Made by a program: the position numbers and the translations under genes. From the NCBI GenBank assembly GCA_013287775.1, contig JABDDE010000005.1:1-63437 (forward strand): DNA of 63,437 bases, written 5' to 3'. Under the pieces are notes generated by a model, which was given only the letters and a program-made list of their open reading frames with translations, was not told the DNA's origin and ran no database searches. Positions 1 to 9,147 of this stretch are shown here, one piece after another; the first letter of the stretch is position 1; every line of letters starts with the position of its first letter. Source of the stretch: Chlamydiota bacterium. Lineage in GTDB: Bacteria > Chlamydiota > Chlamydiia > Chlamydiales > FEN-1388.

Positions 1-182
1 TTTACCTATTTTAAGTAAAATTATTTCACTTGCAGGCAAAATCTGCGGTTTTTAGAAAAAAAATTACGCAGTGCACCCGATTTTAGTCGAAAAAATGGGG
101 TTTTGAATTAAATAATTAACAAATGGAAAATACCTCACAACATGATGTAGGCTGACCCAACTGGATTTTGCGCTCATAGAGA

Positions 183-290
183 TTTTTGGTTAAATTACAA
201 ACCAAAAATCCTCACTTTTTGGTCAAATTACAAACCAAAAAATGAGAATTTTTGGTCGTTTGACAAAGCAAAATCGCTCATTTGTTGGTC
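183..290. repeat. Degenerate 33-bp-period tandem array (about 4 units)
   Basis: TTTTTGGT at 183, 216 and 249, degenerate at 282; first two units TTTTTGGT(T/C)AAATTACAAACCAAAAA. Confidence 0.7.
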
Positions 291-374
291 GTATTGTATG
301 GTAAATTTTTTTGAATTGCAGGCAATTAGGAATTTTATTGAGGTGCTGAAATGCCTGAGGAGAAAAACAACTAT

Positions 375-408
375 GTACATGCCATCAAGCTTGCTTGATG
401 GCATGTAC
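375..408. repeat. Perfect 16-bp palindrome, possible terminator
   Basis: GTACATGCCATCAAGC-TT-GCTTGATGGCATGTAC just downstream of the 414..599 stop. Confidence 0.8.
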
Positions 409-413
409 CTTCA

Positions 414-599
414 TTATTCCTTGTCGCAATGTGAGCAATGGCCACAAGAGACCAAAAACAGCACGCCAGATACTATTGCACCTAACCCCAAGACAAAATT
501 TGCGGAGCTTCCCCAAGCATATCCAACAAGATTCACTCCCGTGGTCAAGATTAAATAGATGGCCAATATGATTAAAGCTATAGTCCGTACAGTTGTCAT
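414..599 (-). CDS. Small two-TM membrane protein with Cys/His tail
   Basis: ATG at 599 after GGAGG; LAIYLILT motif shared with neighbour; ends CGHCSHCDKE. Confidence 0.7.
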   Translation of the reverse strand: MTTVRTIALIILAIYLILTTGVNLVGYAWGSSANFVLGLGAIVSGVLFLVSCGHCSHCDKE

Positions 600-609
600 A
601 TAACCCTCC

Positions 610-795
610 TTATTCGTTATGTTTTCGAACACATGCTCCAATAGAAATCAGAAGCAGGATACCCGAAACTAAACCAGATAAATTTATAAGGTGCATTACC
701 GTTGGCATTGGCATAACTTCTGACATTCTACAAAGTCCTGTTAAAATCAGATAGATGGCCAAAAAAATCAAGCCAAGCATTTTTATACAATTCAT
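610..795 (-). CDS. Small two-TM membrane protein, paralog of 414..599
   Basis: ATG at 795 after AAGGAG; FLAIYLILTGL...GLVSGILLLIS. Confidence 0.7.
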   Translation of the reverse strand: MNCIKMLGLIFLAIYLILTGLCRMSEVMPMPTVMHLINLSGLVSGILLLISIGACVRKHNE

Positions 796-955
796 AACCT
801 TCTCCTTTACTTTTATGCTATGGCGAGTTCCTCCAACGGGAAATTCGCGCATGGCAGTTTTTTTCTCTTCCGCCAGCCCTACGAGCTGGAATTGCAACCA
901 CTCAGGATACCCCTGAAAAAGTTTGCATATTTATTCAAATACACAACCAAAGAAT

Positions 956-1786
956 TTAATGCAATCTTTTTTTCGCAATAGCTGCCAAATACGCAGCTCC
1001 GGCAAGAAGTGCAATGGTGGCGCCAACAGGGAGATCTAGCTGGAAGGCTAAAAGGGTGCCAAAGAAAGAAAAAAGACAGCTGAGGATAATGCTGAGCAGC
1101 ATCATGCTCTTCATCTTTTTGGTGAAAATATTTGCAATGGTAGGAGGCAAGGTAAGCTGTGTCATTACCAAGATAATACCCACTACTTGCATAAGAAGGA
1201 CCACTGCCGCTGCTATGAGTGTCAGCAGCAAGATATAAAGGCGATGTGTATGAATGCCTTGAAGCCGTGCTTGCTCTTCATCGAAACAAATGGCAAGGAG
1301 TTTTTCATGAAGAAACACCACTACCACAATCACCACCGCATCGAGAATGGCAAGAAGGATGAGATCTTGAGGCGTCACCCATAAAATATTGCCGATAAGA
1401 AAATTGGTAAGCTCAACAGCAAAGCCCGGTGTCTGCGCAATAAATAACACCCCTAGTGCCATGCCTATAGACCACACGGCAGCAATCACAGAATCCTCTC
1501 TCTGCCGATAGGATATATGGATATAGCCAATGATCATGGCAGAAATAGTACTTGCAATAAGCGCACCAATAATGGGCGAGCCAGAGCTTATCCCTTGCGT
1601 TCTTTCTAGCCAGACAGAAAAGCCAATGCCCGCAAGTACCGAGTGCGAAATACTCCCCGTAATAAAAGCAATGCGCTTAACAACCACATACGTGCCAATA
1701 ATACCGCCCACCACCGATGCAAGCAACCCTGCAAGAGTTGCCCAGAGAAGAAAATGATTCGATACGATAGCTTCAAAAAATGTCAT
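956..1786 (-). CDS. Zn/Mn ABC transporter permease (ZnuB-like)
   Basis: ISHSVLAG and AICFDEEQARLQG motifs, multi-TM, operon context. Confidence 0.9.
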   Translation of the reverse strand: MTFFEAIVSNHFLLWATLAGLLASVVGGIIGTYVVVKRIAFITGSISHSVLAGIGFSVWLERTQGISSGSPIIGALIASTISAMIIGYIHISYRQREDSVIAAVWSIGMALGVLFIAQTPGFAVELTNFLIGNILWVTPQDLILLAILDAVVIVVVVFLHEKLLAICFDEEQARLQGIHTHRLYILLLTLIAAAVVLLMQVVGIILVMTQLTLPPTIANIFTKKMKSMMLLSIILSCLFSFFGTLLAFQLDLPVGATIALLAGAAYLAAIAKKRLH

Positions 1787-2538
1787 GTTAGTTTAAGAGG
1801 TTTGTTGGAAAAATGCGTCTCACCTGTTTGCATGAGAGGAAAATGATATAATCCAAGAGCGAAATGCTCACAAAGCCTACTGGGTATTACACTCTCGACT
1901 CTATTCTGAACACAAAGCACGCGCTCTACATCATGAATCACTCTTCGAATGTCATGGGTTACCATGAGAACGGTTGTATTTTTTCGAATGCGCTGCAGGA
2001 TTTCATAAATTTCGGCCTCTGCTTTTTCGTCGACACTGGCTGTCGGCTCATCTAAGATCAAAATTCGCGGCTTTGCAGCTAGAGCTCTGGCAATAAAGGC
2101 CCTCTGTGCTTGCCCTCCTGAAAGGGCACTGAAGGGCTTTTTAGCGTAGTCGGCAAGTCCTACCTGCTCGAGTGCAGACAGCCCAATTTCTCGATCTTGC
2201 TTGCTAAATCCTCCCCACCAAGAAAGCTGAGACAAACATCCTCCAAGTACCAGCTCCAGCACACTGATTGGGAACTCTTTGTCAAAACGAAAGCTTTGCG
2301 GCACATAAGCGATGCCATTTGGATACTTGGTAGCAGGCTGTCCATACACAGAAATATTTCCAGACCAAGGAATCAAAAACCCCATAATGAGCTTTAAAAG
2401 GGTCGTTTTCCCGCCACCATTGGGCCCAATAATGCCAATAAATTCGCCCTCTTTGATATTGACCGTCGCCTCTTGAATGATCGGCTCGCCTTTCTGATAG
2501 CCAAATGTCACGCTCGTGAGCACTACTGCTGCTGTCAT
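1783..2538 (-). CDS. Zn/Mn ABC transporter ATPase (ZnuC-like)
   Basis: GPNGGGKT, LSGGQ, LDEPT. Confidence 0.92.
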   Translation of the reverse strand: MTAAVVLTSVTFGYQKGEPIIQEATVNIKEGEFIGIIGPNGGGKTTLLKLIMGFLIPWSGNISVYGQPATKYPNGIAYVPQSFRFDKEFPISVLELVLGGCLSQLSWWGGFSKQDREIGLSALEQVGLADYAKKPFSALSGGQAQRAFIARALAAKPRILILDEPTASVDEKAEAEIYEILQRIRKNTTVLMVTHDIRRVIHDVERVLCVQNRVESVIPSRLCEHFALGLYHFPLMQTGETHFSNKPLKLT

Positions 2539-3371
2539 CGTGCTGCAACCGCAAATTGTGTGGCAATCCCATGCATCATCTGAAAATAATCAGGAAGATT
2601 GGCCTGCAAGACTACCACATTTGCCCCAATCTCTTTTGCTATATAGTCTGCCGCTTTAGAGCCATACTGGCTCTGTATGAATAGGGTATCGATATGAAGC
2701 GTCTTTGCTTGGGCTATGATTTCCAAAAGTCGTTTAATGGTTGGCTCCTTCCCTTCTTCTTCGAGTGAAAGCTGTGTAACGCCATACTCGCGACAAAAAT
2801 AACCATAGGCAGGATGCACCACAAACACCGTTTTCCCAGAGGCTCCCTGCATAAGAGAGTGGATTTCTTGATCTAAAAGAGTCAGCCTTTCTAGGTAGGC
2901 TTGCAGCCTGCTTGCTATTTCTTCTTGTTTCTCTGGTAGTACACGCTGCAGTGCTTGACCTATAAGCCGCACCTCATGCTGCATCATTTTAGGACTCATC
3001 CAAATATGTGGATCAGCCATCCCTTGATGATGGTGGCACCCAGCATGTTCAAGAGTAAGCCCCTGCCGCAAATCACAGACGATGAGCTGTTCATTTTGCC
3101 TTCGTAATACTTCAATTGCTTTATTTTCAAACAACTCACCTACAGTAAACCACACTTTTGCATGAGCAGCTTCTTGAATTTGCCGTGGTGTGGGTTCATA
3201 ATTATGTGAATCGGCTCCTTGTGGCACCACAAGCTGCACTTCTACTTCATCCCCGCCAATATCGGTTACCACCTGCATATAAGGGGCCACGCTCACGAGC
3301 ACACGTATTTTTGCCTCAGCAAAGCCACAATGGAGGCAGAGGAGCGCCATTAGAATCAATATTTTTTTCAT
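2535..3371 (-). CDS. Zn/Mn ABC transporter substrate-binding protein (ZnuA/TroA-like)
   Basis: Signal peptide, SHNYEPTP, DPHIWMSP, HPAYGYF. Confidence 0.92.
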   Translation of the reverse strand: MKKILILMALLCLHCGFAEAKIRVLVSVAPYMQVVTDIGGDEVEVQLVVPQGADSHNYEPTPRQIQEAAHAKVWFTVGELFENKAIEVLRRQNEQLIVCDLRQGLTLEHAGCHHHQGMADPHIWMSPKMMQHEVRLIGQALQRVLPEKQEEIASRLQAYLERLTLLDQEIHSLMQGASGKTVFVVHPAYGYFCREYGVTQLSLEEEGKEPTIKRLLEIIAQAKTLHIDTLFIQSQYGSKAADYIAKEIGANVVVLQANLPDYFQMMHGIATQFAVAAR

Positions 3372-3490
3372 ACGAAAAAGAAGTATACACTGTTTTTACT
3401 ATCTTTTAAAGGCAAAAGTGATGTACAATGAGTTTGCCGATAAGGATTTTTTCTACTACTCTGTGGCTCCCGAGCTTGCGAGGGACCTAA

Positions 3491-3660
3491 GGGATCGTTA
3501 AGGAATAAATCGTACTTTTCAGAGGGTGTTAGAGTGAATTAAATTCTCAAGCCGATCTTGCGTAGGAGATATTACAAGGCAATATCTTCAAGCAAGGAGG
3601 CGCAGAGGGTAATTTGCTATAATCCCCTCTCAAATGTACGAGTTATTTCTTAACGATCCC
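3491..3660. mobile_element. 170-bp MITE with 25-bp TIRs and TAA target duplication
   Basis: GGGATCGTTAAGGAATAAATCGTAC / GTACGAGTTATTTCTTAACGATCCC (23/25 match); TAA on both sides. Confidence 0.8.
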
Positions 3661-3680
3661 TAAGAGTAGTTGGCCCATCT

Positions 3681-3768
3681 GGAAGGGTGTCCGAGCGGCT
3701 TAAGGAGCACGCTTGGAAAGCGTGTGTATGGCAAAACTGTACCGTGGGTTCGAATCCCACCCCTTCCA
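3681..3768 (+). tRNA. tRNA-Ser (GGA)
   Basis: GGAAGGG/CCCTTCC acceptor stem, TTGGAAA anticodon loop, long variable arm, GGTTCGAATCC. Confidence 0.96.
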
Positions 3769-3772
3769 TTTT

Positions 3773-3965
3773 CCCAGGGCGTTGCCCCAATGGTGTGAAC
3801 TTAAGGAAAACGCATAACACATCATGCTTCTAGTTGATATGAATTCCACCGCTGCCGCGGTGGGGTCCATATTAGTCACACAACTCGGAGACTAAAAGAT
3901 GTGTGGTAAAGTGTGTCGGTCACGCGGGGCTAATGAGCTTCCGACGCTACCGCGTCGGCGTCCTG
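3773..3965. repeat. Composite REP/MITE debris
   Basis: Truncated CCCAGGGCGTTGCCC, then CAATGGTGTGAACTTAAG end, then REP-A pieces (CACGCGGGGCTAATG). Confidence 0.7.
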
Positions 3966-4424
3966 GTTGGCTAATCGAATTTTGTCTCCACCGCTTTTAT
4001 TTTGCGCCATATAAAACTTCAACGCTTCTTGTTTGATTCTGAGATATACTGAAGCCAAGCCATTAGCACGCCCAGGTGTGAGCGTCTGGCGAATACCCAG
4101 CTCGTCGATATGATGTGGGGGACATTTTAGAATGACTTCCGGAGTTTCCCCGCTATAGACATACAAGAGAAGACAGCCCAGGCCCGCAGAGATAAGCGCG
4201 TCGGCTTCTGCTTCGAAAAATACAAAACCACCACGCATTTCTGCATGCAAATACATACGGCTCTGACAGCCTTGGACAAGGTGTTCTTCCGTTTTATATT
4301 TTAGGTCAAGATGCGGCTGCGTTTTTCCCAAATCAATAATCTTTTGGTATTTTTCTTCAGCAGTGGTGCAGCCAGTAAAAAAGTCTAAAACTTTCTTTTG
4401 TTTTTCAAGGCATGTCTCGAACAT
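3930..4424 (-). CDS. sufE: SufE family sulfur acceptor
   Basis: EEKYQKIIDLG, VQGCQSRMY, TPGRANGL; upstream extension of the ORF lies in a MITE. Confidence 0.88.
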   Translation of the reverse strand: MFETCLEKQKKVLDFFTGCTTAEEKYQKIIDLGKTQPHLDLKYKTEEHLVQGCQSRMYLHAEMRGGFVFFEAEADALISAGLGCLLLYVYSGETPEVILKCPPHHIDELGIRQTLTPGRANGLASVYLRIKQEALKFYMAQNKSGGDKIRLANQDADAVASEAH

Positions 4425-4430
4425 AAGGAA

Positions 4431-4612
4431 TAATACTTCGGGGCGTTGATTTTTTTCGTTTTCTGGCCAAAATTCGATGATTTTGGCAGTGAGGAAAACT
4501 CGCTGCAAATCGACATACTCAACGAGTAGGCGATTTGCGGCGAGTTTTGCCCAATGACAAAAGCGCGGATTTTGGCCCCGAAAAACGAAAAAATCAGCGC
4601 TCTGAAGTATTA
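4431..4612. mobile_element. About 180-bp palindromic MITE with TA-bounded ends
   Basis: TAATACTTC...GAAGTATTA long imperfect IR; core similar to the 11006 and 48048 elements. Confidence 0.75.
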
Positions 4613-5263
4613 TGAGGCGAGCAGGTTAGATGGGAAAAGTTTTAAAGTCACTTCCTCCGCGGTTTTGATATGCACTCCAAGGTCGCGCATTACATCGATT
4701 GCGCGATCGACATCACCCGCTCTGAGGTCTATACCACGGCATCCATCGATAATCACCGTTGTTTTGAAACCAAGCGCGCGCGCATCTTGCACAGAGTAGA
4801 GAACGCAATAATCAGTCGCAAGGCCTGCTACGTATAGTTCATCGATAGCGTGCTGGCTGAGGTAGTCACCAAGTCCCGTCGAGCGCCTCTTTTGGTTATC
4901 AAAAAAGGCACTATAACTATCAATTGCGATATCAACCCCTTTATAAACCACTTTGTGAAAGCGAGAATAATGAAGCTCTAAAGCAAATTCTGAACCTTTT
5001 GTCCCTTGCACACAGTGATCAGGCCACAGGATCTGCTCACCTCCATCTACTATTATACACTCTCCGACATTTTTTCCCCAAATAGATGCAAAACTACAAT
5101 GGTGTCGTGGATGATAGTCTCTACTCCCCACACGCACATCGAAAGGCAACTCTAAAAGCTGATTGACGACAGGAATAATAGTATCCCCACCAGGTACTGC
5201 CAAGGCGCCGCCCGGCAGAAAGTCATTTTGCACATCTACTACTAACAATGCTCTCTTTATCAT
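4610..5263 (-). CDS. pncA: Nicotinamidase
   Basis: VDVQNDF, WPDHCVQG, DSYSAF, GLATDYCV. Confidence 0.93.
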   Translation of the reverse strand: MIKRALLVVDVQNDFLPGGALAVPGGDTIIPVVNQLLELPFDVRVGSRDYHPRHHCSFASIWGKNVGECIIVDGGEQILWPDHCVQGTKGSEFALELHYSRFHKVVYKGVDIAIDSYSAFFDNQKRRSTGLGDYLSQHAIDELYVAGLATDYCVLYSVQDARALGFKTTVIIDGCRGIDLRAGDVDRAIDVMRDLGVHIKTAEEVTLKLFPSNLLAS

Positions 5264-5297
5264 AACCTGACTATTTTGCACGCCATTGCAAAAAAGT

Positions 5298-5545
5298 CAC
5301 GACTTTTCTGCATTCCACTGCAGAAAAGTCGTGTTCTCCCCTCATCAGAGGTCGAGCAAGCTCGACCTCTGATGAGGGGAGAATAGAAACCGACACCCTC
5401 GGGTAGAGGTCACCGTAAACATGTTGCCTGAAGGGCAACAACAGGGCAAAAAAATCTGTTGTTGCCCTTCAGGCAACAATGTGGGGGTGATCGCCTACCC
5501 CAGGGCGTTGCCCTGGGCTGTTGCAATTTTTGCCCTTTGGGCAAA
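5298..5545. repeat. Palindrome cluster with REP-B
   Basis: Perfect 24-bp hairpin 5334-5383; TTGCCTGAAGGGCAA pair; CCCAGGGCGTTGCCCTGGGCTG. Confidence 0.8.
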
Positions 5546-5729
5546 GAAAGAGACCTAATTCTACCTAAAAATGCTGCAATCCGACACGTTTTTCCTGCCC
5601 GAGCCTGACCTAACGTGTGGGCAGAGATAGCCCTGTGTGTTTAAAATTACACTTTAAAATTATCTTGATAATATACATTTATTTGTGATAAAATCGATGT
5701 GTTGTTAATTAATTTTTATGAGGTAAAAT

Positions 5730-6446
5730 ATGAATACATATATAACAGGTAGTTATGATGGCGATCTGAGGCTGGCCTTAGCAAATAGCCTTACAGAGAG
5801 CACAAATAGCACGTCATCATCGTCTTCTTCCAGTTCGAGCTCGAGTAGCTCATCGAGTACGGGCGCGACAAGTAGCACATGGCAAGGCAGGCAAGTATAC
5901 ACAAGGGATGAGCCTTTACGGCTTGCACTTGTAAATACGGGCTTTCTGATTCCTGATGTTATCAATACAATTTGCGACTACACTACTAACATTGGCGAAG
6001 TGCTAAAAGAAGAGGTAGATGCTGTTGTAAATAGAGCTGAGTCGCTAATAGATAATCCACAAGTGAAGAAAGCCTACACTGAGTATGAAGCTTTCTGCGA
6101 GAGGGAGAATGGGGGTCAACAATATTTCATGACCAGATTGCTAGTTGATCTACAGCGACCAACTTATGTGAATGATAAGAAAAAGGCATTGAAAGAATAC
6201 ATTCTCAAGGTGGCAAATGATCCTCTCTTTGCAAGTAATACTGGTGAATGCATGGCTAATTTGAAAAATAGTATGCACGAAAAATTCATAAGTGATGGCC
6301 AAAACTACCTTCGTAGTGAAGATGCCTTAGGCTGGCATACGGTAATGTTCCCAGAAAGTGTTGCCTATCATTGTATTGCAGGTTTTCTGAAGGAAAGAAA
6401 TAGAGAAAGCCGCAGCTGCTATAGCCGCTGCCACACCAACAACTAG
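5730..6446 (+). CDS. Orphan Ser-rich putative effector, paralog of 8388..9110
   Basis: GAGG RBS, poly-Ser N-terminus, duplicated promoter and N-terminus. Confidence 0.75.
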   Translation: MNTYITGSYDGDLRLALANSLTESTNSTSSSSSSSSSSSSSSSTGATSSTWQGRQVYTRDEPLRLALVNTGFLIPDVINTICDYTTNIGEVLKEEVDAVVNRAESLIDNPQVKKAYTEYEAFCERENGGQQYFMTRLLVDLQRPTYVNDKKKALKEYILKVANDPLFASNTGECMANLKNSMHEKFISDGQNYLRSEDALGWHTVMFPESVAYHCIAGFLKERNRESRSCYSRCHTNN

Positions 6447-6487
6447 TTGATCTCATAGCCTGTTTCGCGCATTTCGACACCAGCATA

Positions 6488-6659
6488 CTACTGCCCCATC
6501 GGGGCAGTAGTATGCTGGTGTCGATATTGCTTAATTAGATCGAGCTTAATGTGATACAGCCTCTCTTCCATCATCACAGGGTAGCTGTGGGGGTTCAAGA
6601 AACGCTTGATACCCACAGGAAACGCCTGGAGCTGTGTTTTGGCAACTTCTCGAATTTCT
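6488..6659 (-). pseudogene. Duplicated 3' fragment of pncB
   Basis: Near-identical to 9148-9319 (EIREVAKTQ...TTAP(M/A)GQ). Confidence 0.9.
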
Positions 6660-6883
6660 CCCTGATTTCGGTAATTTGGATACCTTTTATGACCTATCCA
6701 TGATATATTGTGAGACCTTACGTGCAACTGCTTCATGCATGGAAAATCTATTTATCTTTGTAGATACTTTTTCTGTTGTCTACGTCATCGTGTTCTCCTC
6801 TCATAGTGACAGAGCAAGCTCTGTCACTATGAGAGGAGAATAGAAATTGATTATCGCAAAGCTTGTCACATAGTTGTGTCAAT

Positions 6884-8200
6884 TTATTGGCCTATTGGCG
6901 GCCTATGAGGAATATGTATAAGGCGAGGAATATGCCGAGCACCTGTTAAGGGTAATAATGGCGCTGAAGGTGTTGCTTCAGTTGTTCCTGCCAAGGATGC
7001 TGCTCTTTCGTGCAAACGTTGTACTAAGCGCTCTCCTAATGCTTGCGTTGCTGAAGAAGGTGGTGTTACTCTAGCAGGTTGTGGTAAAATCGGTCTTAAA
7101 CGATCACGGGCTTCTCGAGCTTCGCGCATTACTGAAGATACAAGCTCTGGATATTCAGGAGCGACGGGGGCCTCTGGTATTTCTGATATTACTGATGGAG
7201 ATACTGGCTCAGGATATTCAGGAGCGTTTGGGACCTCTGGTATTGATGGTAATGCAGATGCTGCTTCTAACTGCTGTAGCAGCTGTGGATTTTCTCGTAC
7301 TATATTTTCAATTTGATAACGTATCAACTCATTATTTGTGGTGACAAGAAGATCTCGATAGCTATTATAGCGTGATAACATAGTATTGTATTGGTTCCCT
7401 AACACATCACGATGTTCATTAATCCAATTAAGGGCAAAGTCCTGCACATTGTCAAGCTCGTCTGCTACTGTAGCACGTAACTCCCGTACATAGTTAATAT
7501 CAGTAAGCCTATTCTCATCGACATCTAACCAGTTGGCAAAGGTTGTTTCATCAACATCCGCATGCAATAAATGTTCTAAATCAATAGACCATTCACGAAG
7601 AGTCGAAATCTGTGCCAATTGCCGCTGTAGATTGTTTATTTGATTTCTTATCCCTCGAGTTTCTGCATTTTTAGGCTGAGAGGATAACCACGTGGCAAGA
7701 TTATCTACAAACTCCTCCAATTGACTAATACGAGCTCTATCCTCGGATGAGATAATACGACGCGGTGTTGCCTCCAGAGACTGAAATGCTCGATTACATA
7801 TAGCATCCAGCTCTCTATTCGTCTGAGCAATATCACGTATTTGCTCAGAATATATAGACTCTCCGCCTGACATTGGCTGCATCTCAATTTCCTGAGAAGA
7901 TGGCATTGATCGAACCCAAACTGTTGAACCATTCCGTTCTAGAACAGCATTCATTATTGCACAAATGCGTGTATCTGTCATTGAATTGGAAACATGCATA
8001 CCCGCAGTGCTAAGATATGACACCATATTGTTTCTATTCAGGGTCACGGTATGAGACTCTCCTGTACCTTCGTCTCGGATAATACATCGAAGACCAACCG
8101 ATGTAACCCCATCACTTCCAGTAGCAATAGAGACGCCCTGCCCTATTTCCCTATTGTTATGTAAAAAATGGACACCATTATCTCTTATTTCAATTGGCAT
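6884..8200 (-). CDS. Orphan helical/Pro-rich protein, putative effector
   Basis: 438 aa, AAGGAGG RBS, repeated APEYPE segments. Confidence 0.75.
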   Translation of the reverse strand: MPIEIRDNGVHFLHNNREIGQGVSIATGSDGVTSVGLRCIIRDEGTGESHTVTLNRNNMVSYLSTAGMHVSNSMTDTRICAIMNAVLERNGSTVWVRSMPSSQEIEMQPMSGGESIYSEQIRDIAQTNRELDAICNRAFQSLEATPRRIISSEDRARISQLEEFVDNLATWLSSQPKNAETRGIRNQINNLQRQLAQISTLREWSIDLEHLLHADVDETTFANWLDVDENRLTDINYVRELRATVADELDNVQDFALNWINEHRDVLGNQYNTMLSRYNSYRDLLVTTNNELIRYQIENIVRENPQLLQQLEAASALPSIPEVPNAPEYPEPVSPSVISEIPEAPVAPEYPELVSSVMREAREARDRLRPILPQPARVTPPSSATQALGERLVQRLHERAASLAGTTEATPSAPLLPLTGARHIPRLIHIPHRPPIGQ

Positions 8201-8387
8201 ATCACCTCCTTTATTAAACCAAATAATATTTATATGTCTACTTTTTTATACATATATCATTTTTTTTATTTTTCTAAAATTAATTTTTTTTATACGAATC
8301 CGACAACATGTTTAAAATTATCTTGATAATATACATTTATTTGTGATACAATAATGATATTATTAATCAATTTTTATGAGGTAAAAT

Positions 8388-9110
8388 ATGAACACAAATA
8401 TAACAGGTAGTTATGATGGCGATCCGAAGCTGTCCTTGGCAAATAGCCTTACTGAGAGCACAAATAGCACGTCATCATCGTCGTCATCTAGCTCAAGTAG
8501 CTCATCGAGTACGGGCGCGACAAGTAACACATGGCAAGGCAGGCATGTACACACAAGAAATGAACCATTACGGCTTGCCCTTGAAACGTTTCAAGCAAAT
8601 ACCCTCGCACTACCCCTCCCTATTTTTGGTATCATTTACGACTACGTTGCCCATTTTGATATTGGCGATGAACTGCGTGAAGCAGCAGAGTCTTTAGTTG
8701 ACACAATAATAAAATCAATTAAGGAAAATGATCGTCCTTATAGGTTGAAAGTAGAACTCAGAGGTAGCGAGCTTGAAGGATCGTTCGTTGGAGATTATCA
8801 TTTTACACAAAATGCTGAGAATGCTGAGAGATACATTGGGTCCTCGAGACCTCTATTTATCAATCGTGCACCTGATTCAATGAGTCAACTTACACAACAA
8901 GTCAAACAACTTATTCAAGATATAGCAAATAATTCAGAATTTGTGAATAATCCTGACCAGTACATAGCGAAATGGGTAAACGCACGAGAAGAAGGCGAGC
9001 AACCAACTTACGCAAATGAGATTGCCTTGGCGTGTCTAGCTAATTTTTTAAAACAAAGAAAAGAGAAAGCCGCAGCTGCTATAGCCGCTACCACACCAAC
9101 AACTAGTTGA
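8388..9110 (+). CDS. Orphan Ser-rich putative effector, paralog of 5730..6446
   Basis: Same promoter, RBS and N-terminal ~65 codons as 5730. Confidence 0.75.
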   Translation: MNTNITGSYDGDPKLSLANSLTESTNSTSSSSSSSSSSSSSTGATSNTWQGRHVHTRNEPLRLALETFQANTLALPLPIFGIIYDYVAHFDIGDELREAAESLVDTIIKSIKENDRPYRLKVELRGSELEGSFVGDYHFTQNAENAERYIGSSRPLFINRAPDSMSQLTQQVKQLIQDIANNSEFVNNPDQYIAKWVNAREEGEQPTYANEIALACLANFLKQRKEKAAAAIAATTPTTS

Positions 9111-9147
9111 TCTCACAGCCTGTTCCACGCATTTCGACACCAGCATA

